64,000 nucleotides of DNA, from the NCBI GenBank assembly GCA_039679675.1, contig JBDKUN010000065.1:32001-96000 (forward strand), read 5' to 3'. Of the stretch, positions 58,814-64,000 are shown in pieces (position 1 is the stretch's first letter; each line of letters starts with the position of its first letter). Origin of the DNA: Armatimonadota bacterium (GTDB lineage Bacteria > Armatimonadota > UBA5829 > DTLH01). The notes below the pieces were generated by a model, which searched no databases, was not told where the DNA came from, and saw only the letters and a program-made list of their open reading frames with translations. The translations under genes and the position numbers were made by a program.

Positions 58814-60121
58814 CTAATAATTAATACCTGCGACAATGTCTCCCTTGCTGTCTCTATGAATGAAATGTCTAGAAGCATTCTGCTCCTTCGGGTCAAGAAC
58901 AGGTGTGCCATTGTTGTTAACACAGTCCGGGCCGACACTCCAAAGGGTATATTTGTCGCCATCCCTGCGATAGTTTAGTGGAGCTTTGAGCGCAAACATG
59001 TCATCAGGGACACTCTTCAAATAAGCGGGGCAGAGTTCAGAGAGTTTTGCCGGATAATTTCCGTGGTCCGCGTGATAAACCTGAAGCGCAAAAGCTGTTG
59101 CCAGAATATTGTTACGCGTCTGGTTGTCTGTATCGTAAAAGTAGAATATTCGCTCGTCCGGATAAATCATAAGAAGCATAAGAGCCGCGAATTTATCACC
59201 ATTGGCCATAGCCAGTGGACCCTTTGGCTCCTCTACCTCCGGGAAAACCGGCTTTGTCGCATAAGGCATCTGAACATTCTTGATGCACTGGTCCATATAG
59301 CCAGTGTATTTATCAAACACCTTGATTTTTACAGGTTCAGAAACCTTAGCCCACTCCTTTATATCTGAGTCCTTGCACTTTCCATTAAAACAGTCCTGCA
59401 AAAACAACAACTGCGCTTCTTTCTCGCATTTCAGTGACTCATGCAGTGGAAAATGGCGGTTCTGGATTTTCTGCATTCTTGCTATGGCCACTTTCGCCTG
59501 TGCGCCGGTAAGGTGCGGAATGGCGTCCCAGATATGTCGGCAAGTGATTTTTTGACATTTGACTCCGACAAGTCTTGATACGGTGTTGTTATCTCCATGA
59601 GCAATCAATTCACTTAAGAGCAATCCATCCTGACAGCTGTCTACTGCTCCAGCCCAATCGCCATTTGCCCTCTTTACCCGGCTTTCCAGTATCAAAAGAT
59701 ATGACAGGTTCATATAATTCAGATATTCGGGATACCTCGCGTCTATACCATATTTAAATGGCTGCAGATAATCGTATTTAAGCCCTTCCCGAAGCTTATC
59801 GAGCGCAGGCTGGTTTTTCCTAACAAAAGCAGCGATGTCTGAATCCGAGTATGTTTTCGACTGATTCCCCGGCAAGACAGCAGATTTCATCTTACCGGCA
59901 TCTTTCAAGTCTTTACCGACAGCCACGAAGTAATCGTACGCGTTCGGCGACGGCATTTTTACCACTGGTGGTTTGATCACCGGCATACGGGCAGAACCGG
60001 CCTTACTGCAACCTGAAATCGTGACAACCGGCAGTACAACACAGAGCATTAACGGCAACGATAACCTGTAAATACGACTCACACGGCACCTGCTCACTAC
60101 GCTTGCCTCCTGAGGATTCAT
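58814..60121 (-). CDS. Putative lipoprotein with pseudopilin-G-like C-terminal motif (paralog 1)
   Basis: Lipobox ISGC; NAYDYF; ALQVYHADHGNYP..L.EL.P.YL..VP.D, LWSVGPD. Confidence 0.7.
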   Translation of the reverse strand: MNPQEASVVSRCRVSRIYRLSLPLMLCVVLPVVTISGCSKAGSARMPVIKPPVVKMPSPNAYDYFVAVGKDLKDAGKMKSAVLPGNQSKTYSDSDIAAFVRKNQPALDKLREGLKYDYLQPFKYGIDARYPEYLNYMNLSYLLILESRVKRANGDWAGAVDSCQDGLLLSELIAHGDNNTVSRLVGVKCQKITCRHIWDAIPHLTGAQAKVAIARMQKIQNRHFPLHESLKCEKEAQLLFLQDCFNGKCKDSDIKEWAKVSEPVKIKVFDKYTGYMDQCIKNVQMPYATKPVFPEVEEPKGPLAMANGDKFAALMLLMIYPDERIFYFYDTDNQTRNNILATAFALQVYHADHGNYPAKLSELCPAYLKSVPDDMFALKAPLNYRRDGDKYTLWSVGPDCVNNNGTPVLDPKEQNASRHFIHRDSKGDIVAGINY

Positions 60122-60178
60122 TTGATTAATAAAAGACGCGGCTATGCATCAAATATTATAGTAGTCTGAGATAAGTTA

Positions 60179-60376
60179 GGGATCGACGAACCATGGTGTA
60201 ACGATCTTGCTGGGATGACCTTGAGGTTCCACTCTTTGACCGGAGTGACGACCTGAGCGGCATTGACTATAAGTAGACTTGGAGGCAAGTTATCCAAAAC
60301 ACTCTCCGTAGAATTTTAGATTTCAGGCAGCCTGCCTGCAAAGCCGTTATATTGCAAAGCGGGAAGGATTGGAAGG
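60179..60376 (-). pseudogene. Decayed duplicate of the hutI 5' end
   Basis: 60214-60376 matches 58629-58792 with ATG changed to ACG; 60179-60191 matches 58486-58498. Confidence 0.85.
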
Positions 60377-60391
60377 CTACCTGATCTCTAT

Positions 60392-61687
60392 TCACATATT
60401 AATACCCGCGACGATGTCTCCCTTGCTGTCTTGATCGACGTAATATTTCTCAGACGCGGTGTCCGATTTTGCCTTTGGATTAACAACAGGAACTCCGTTA
60501 TTGTTGACGCAGTCCGGGCCGACACTCCAAAGGGTATATTTGTCGCCGTCCAAACGATAGCTCAAGGGCGCTTTGAGCGTAAACAAATCATCTGGGACAC
60601 TCTTCAGATAACCGGGACAAAGTTCCGAAAGCTTCGCCGGATAATTTCCGTGGTCTGCGTGATAAGCCTGAAGTGCAAACGAAACAGTAAGAAATTCTTT
60701 CCTTGTCTGGTTGTATGTATCTGCGAACCAAAACCTCTCCCAGACCGGGTAAATTATTGAAAGAATAAATTCAGGAGTTACTTCAGTACCGGTTGTTGGT
60801 GAATTGCCTTTCACCTCCGGAAAGACCGGCTTTGACGCATACTGCAACTGGACGTTTCTGATGCACTGGTCCATAATATGTGTGTAATCATTAATCGTCC
60901 TGATTTTCGCTTGATCCGGTAACTTGTCCCAATCTTTTACATAAGCGTCCTTGCACTTCCCATTAAAACAGTCCTGCAAAAACAGCAACTGCGAAATTTT
61001 CTCGCGTTCCAGTGACTTATACAGTGGAAAATGATGCTTCTCAATATCCTGCATCCTTGCGACAGCATCTTTCGCCTGTGCGCTGGTTAGTTGTGGAATG
61101 GCATCCCAGATGTGCCGACCTGCAGCTTTCTGACAAGCGATCCCGACAAGCCTTCCCACGGAATTACTATCTCCATGAGCGACCATTTCACCGAGCATCA
61201 ACCCGTCCTGACAGCTATCTACAGCGCCAGTCCAATCACCCTTTGACAACTTCACCTGGCTTTCCAATGCCAGAAGATGCGATAAGTTCCTGTAATAATT
61301 ATATTCCGGGTATATAGCCTCAATACCATATTTAAATGGCTGCTGATAATCGTATTTAAGTCCCTCGCGCAGTTTACCAAGTGCAGCCTGGTTCTTTTCA
61401 ACAAGAGTTGCTGTCTCCGATTCCGAACTTGTCCCCTCTAGTGAAGCTTTTCTAATATGTTCGACATCCACCAAGGACTTACCGGCAAACACAAAATAAT
61501 CGTACGCGTTCGGCGAGGGCATTTTTATTACAGGGGGCTTAACTACCAGCATACGATCGAAGCTGGATTTACCACCAACTGCAATCGCGGCAACCGATAG
61601 TACAACACCGAGTATTAACGGCAATGATAACCTACAAATACGACTTACACGGCATCTGATCATTATTCTTGCCTCCTGAAGATTCAT
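60392..61687 (-). CDS. Membrane-anchored paralog 2 of 58814..60121
   Basis: Collinear similarity throughout; identical 30 nt around the start; no lipobox Cys. Confidence 0.7.
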   Translation of the reverse strand: MNLQEARIMIRCRVSRICRLSLPLILGVVLSVAAIAVGGKSSFDRMLVVKPPVIKMPSPNAYDYFVFAGKSLVDVEHIRKASLEGTSSESETATLVEKNQAALGKLREGLKYDYQQPFKYGIEAIYPEYNYYRNLSHLLALESQVKLSKGDWTGAVDSCQDGLMLGEMVAHGDSNSVGRLVGIACQKAAGRHIWDAIPQLTSAQAKDAVARMQDIEKHHFPLYKSLEREKISQLLFLQDCFNGKCKDAYVKDWDKLPDQAKIRTINDYTHIMDQCIRNVQLQYASKPVFPEVKGNSPTTGTEVTPEFILSIIYPVWERFWFADTYNQTRKEFLTVSFALQAYHADHGNYPAKLSELCPGYLKSVPDDLFTLKAPLSYRLDGDKYTLWSVGPDCVNNNGVPVVNPKAKSDTASEKYYVDQDSKGDIVAGINM

Positions 61688-61769
61688 TTGATTAATAAAA
61701 GACGCGGCTACGCATTAAATATTTCGCAGCTATAAAATAAGCCGGAAGAGTATATGCCATGTATCTCCC

Positions 61770-63416
61770 TTAACCTATTCTCGGCACCTTTACGCCGCGC
61801 TCATTGGCAACTTCGATAGCTTTCTCGTAACCAGCATCCACGTGGCGGATTACGCCCATTCCAGGGTCGTTCGTTAGCACCCGCTTTAGACGAATATCCA
61901 TCTCATCCGTCCCGTCTGCGACTATTACCTGACCGGCGTGGAGCGAATAGCCTATGCCAACGCCTCCGCCGTGGTGGAAAGACACCCAAGATGCCCCCGA
62001 AACAGCATTTACGAGTGCGTTTAAGACCGGCCAGTCGCCGATTGCGTCGGAACCGTCCTTCATGCCTTCGGTCTCGCGGTTCGGGGATGCGACGGAACCT
62101 GCGTCGAGGTGGTCGCGCCCGATGACTATCGGCGCGGAGACTTTCCCTTTTCTCACCAGGTCGTTTATGACAAGCCCGAACTTGTCCCGCTCACCGTAAC
62201 CCAGCCAGCAGATACGTGACGGCAGCCCCTGGAACGCAACTTTGTCCTCGGCCATCCGAATCCACCGCTCAAGCGATTTGTTCTCAGGGAAAAGCTCTAA
62301 AAGCGCTTCATCCGTCGTCAAAATGTCCTTCGGATCGCCGGAAAGTGCTGCCCAACGGAACGGCCCTTTTCCTTCACAGAAAAGCGGGCGGATATATTCC
62401 GGCACGAACCCCGGCACATCGAACGCATTCGCAACTCCAGCCTTCTTCGCCTGGCCTCTCAGGTTGTTTCCATAATCGAATGTTATGGCCCCGGCCTTCT
62501 GCATTCCGAGCATCGCTTCCATGTGCTGCGCCATCGACTTATAAGCCGCCGCAATGTAGGCTTTCGGATCGCGTTTTCTTAAGTCCAGAGCTTCTTCGAA
62601 GCTCATTCCCCCGGGAACGTAGCCGTTAAGCTCGTCATGTGCCGACGTCTGGTCAGTCAGCACGTCAGGAATAATGCCACGGTTTAAGAGCTCGACATGA
62701 ACCTCGCTCGCGTTTCCGACAAGCCCTATGGAGACCGCTTCACCGCTTATTTTAGCTTCATCGACCCATTTTAGAGCTTCTCCGAGGTTATCGGTCATCC
62801 TGTCGCAGTAGCGGGTATCGACGCGGCGTTTGATGCGTGATGGATCGACCTCGACACAGAGGCAAATTCCTTCATTCATAGTGACCGCAAGCGGCTGTGC
62901 ACCGCTCATGCCGCCCATACCGGCGGTCAGGACCAGCCTGCCTTTCAACGTTCCGCCGAAATGACGCTCGGCACATGCCGCCAGAGTCTCATAAGTCCCC
63001 TGAAGTATCCCCTGAGTGCCGATATATATCCAGCTTCCGGCGGTCATCTGGCCGTACATCGTGAGCCCCAGCCCTTCCAGCCTTCGGAACTCGTCACCGG
63101 TCGCCCACGCAGGAACCAAAAGCGAGTTTGCGATCAAGACTCTCGGCGCGTAAGAATGCGTGCGAAGCACCCCGACCGGCTTACCGGACTGGACAAGCAA
63201 AGTCTCATCGTTTTCGAGCTCTTTTAACGCGCGGACGATTGCGTGGTAACAGTCCCAGTTCCGTGCAGCCTTGCCGGACCCGCCGTATATGATCAAATCT
63301 TCAGGCTTTTCGCCCACTTCCAGGTTGTTCATCAGCATCCTGAGAGCAGCTTCCTGTTGCCAGCCCTTACAGGACTTTTCTGTGCCTCTCGGCGCTTTGA
63401 TTGGTGTATATGTCAT
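61770..63416 (-). CDS. hutU: Urocanate hydratase
   Basis: [47 protein letters not shown]. Confidence 0.98.
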   Translation of the reverse strand: MTYTPIKAPRGTEKSCKGWQQEAALRMLMNNLEVGEKPEDLIIYGGSGKAARNWDCYHAIVRALKELENDETLLVQSGKPVGVLRTHSYAPRVLIANSLLVPAWATGDEFRRLEGLGLTMYGQMTAGSWIYIGTQGILQGTYETLAACAERHFGGTLKGRLVLTAGMGGMSGAQPLAVTMNEGICLCVEVDPSRIKRRVDTRYCDRMTDNLGEALKWVDEAKISGEAVSIGLVGNASEVHVELLNRGIIPDVLTDQTSAHDELNGYVPGGMSFEEALDLRKRDPKAYIAAAYKSMAQHMEAMLGMQKAGAITFDYGNNLRGQAKKAGVANAFDVPGFVPEYIRPLFCEGKGPFRWAALSGDPKDILTTDEALLELFPENKSLERWIRMAEDKVAFQGLPSRICWLGYGERDKFGLVINDLVRKGKVSAPIVIGRDHLDAGSVASPNRETEGMKDGSDAIGDWPVLNALVNAVSGASWVSFHHGGGVGIGYSLHAGQVIVADGTDEMDIRLKRVLTNDPGMGVIRHVDAGYEKAIEVANERGVKVPRIG

Positions 63417-63600
63417 GTCTAACCTCTGCTATACGAAGTCATCATCTTTCAGTTCGTTGATGGCCCAGGGGATCCATGCCCCATGCTATCTTTCATATCT
63501 CCACAGATTAGTGCATGTCCGTCACCTTCGGTGACGATGGCTCAAAATACCCGTGGTCCGGTAGGTCCACGGGTTAGCACGGAGACCGGCCACTACACTT

Positions 63601-63681
63601 ATTGGTGAATGTCGTGCTTCGGGACGAACTGCGGTCCCGAAGCATAAAATTTTCTGGAGCCTGAATCAAGTTCAGGGTGAC
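63601..63681 (-). repeat. Family A copy 4 (inverted) next to a family B unit
   Basis: tgcttcgggacgaactgcggtcccgaagca at 63615-63644; cctgaatcaagttcagggtgac at 63660-63681. Confidence 0.85.
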
Positions 63682-63699
63682 GTGGTTTTGTTCCCTACC

Positions 63700-64000
63700 T
63701 TACCAGACTATCTCTAGTATGCCTATTTTCCGCTCCACAGCATCGACTACGGTGTTTTTTCGCACCATTTCGGTGAGTGTGTCGATGTCAGGATAGAGAG
63801 GGCGGTCGTCTTTTAGGAATTCCACCTGTTTGCGTATCTCTTTGTGTGCGGCTGCTGTACCTTTGCCGGGTTTTAAGGGGGAGCGGAAGTCTATGGCCTG
63901 CGCCGCGCACATAAAATGAAGCGCCACGACGGATGCTGCGTTACCGAGCACATGGCGGAGTTTGAACGCTGCGCCTGCGCCCATCGAAACGTAATCTTCC
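63700..64000 (-). CDS. hutH: Histidine ammonia-lyase, C-terminal part
   Basis: EDYVSMG, AAQAIDFR, DDRPLYPDI; upstream of hutU. Confidence 0.9.
   Translation of the reverse strand, partial: EDYVSMGAGAAFKLRHVLGNAASVVALHFMCAAQAIDFRSPLKPGKGTAAAHKEIRKQVEFLKDDRPLYPDIDTLTEMVRKNTVVDAVERKIGILEIVW

Noticed and set aside
10885..63644. Family A repeats as a CRISPR array
   Set aside because: Dispersed copies, no regular spacers, no cas genes
1..64000. tRNA or rRNA genes
   Set aside because: No cloverleaf or rRNA signature recognised in the intergenic regions by eye

Overview
Bacterial chromosomal window of moderate GC content; the secreted-protein types suggest Armatimonadota (inference only). Core genes include xylB (5'-truncated), tal/fsa, ald, an amidohydrolase, deoC, recO, hppA, deoB, xerD, pheST, infC-rpmI-rplT, thrS, galE, a trpBADCF operon with a Trp-codon attenuator, an ArsR/thioredoxin/CcdA/permease cluster, an ABC exporter and the hut operon. 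Three accessory loci stand out. (1) At 13.3-18.9 kb is a candidate peptide-signalling operon: a LeuA-regulatory-domain-like protein, an unannotated 28-aa secreted peptide enclosed in a long-range RNA stem, a membrane HD-GYP protein with a rubredoxin-like insert, a degenerate HD-GYP, a DUF5317-like protein resembling signal peptidase II, and a coupled GT-C glycosyltransferase. (2) At 51.1-55.0 kb is an island bounded by 122-bp direct repeats, carrying an NrtR-regulated ADP-ribose operon with a major-vault-protein-like SPFH protein, a macrodomain and an ADP-ribosylglycohydrolase. (3) At 33.6-35.9 kb is an array of small AT-rich genes separated by repeated imperfect palindromes. Two REP-like families and a tandem duplication inside the hut operon are also visible. 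All family assignments come from motif recognition by eye, not database searches.
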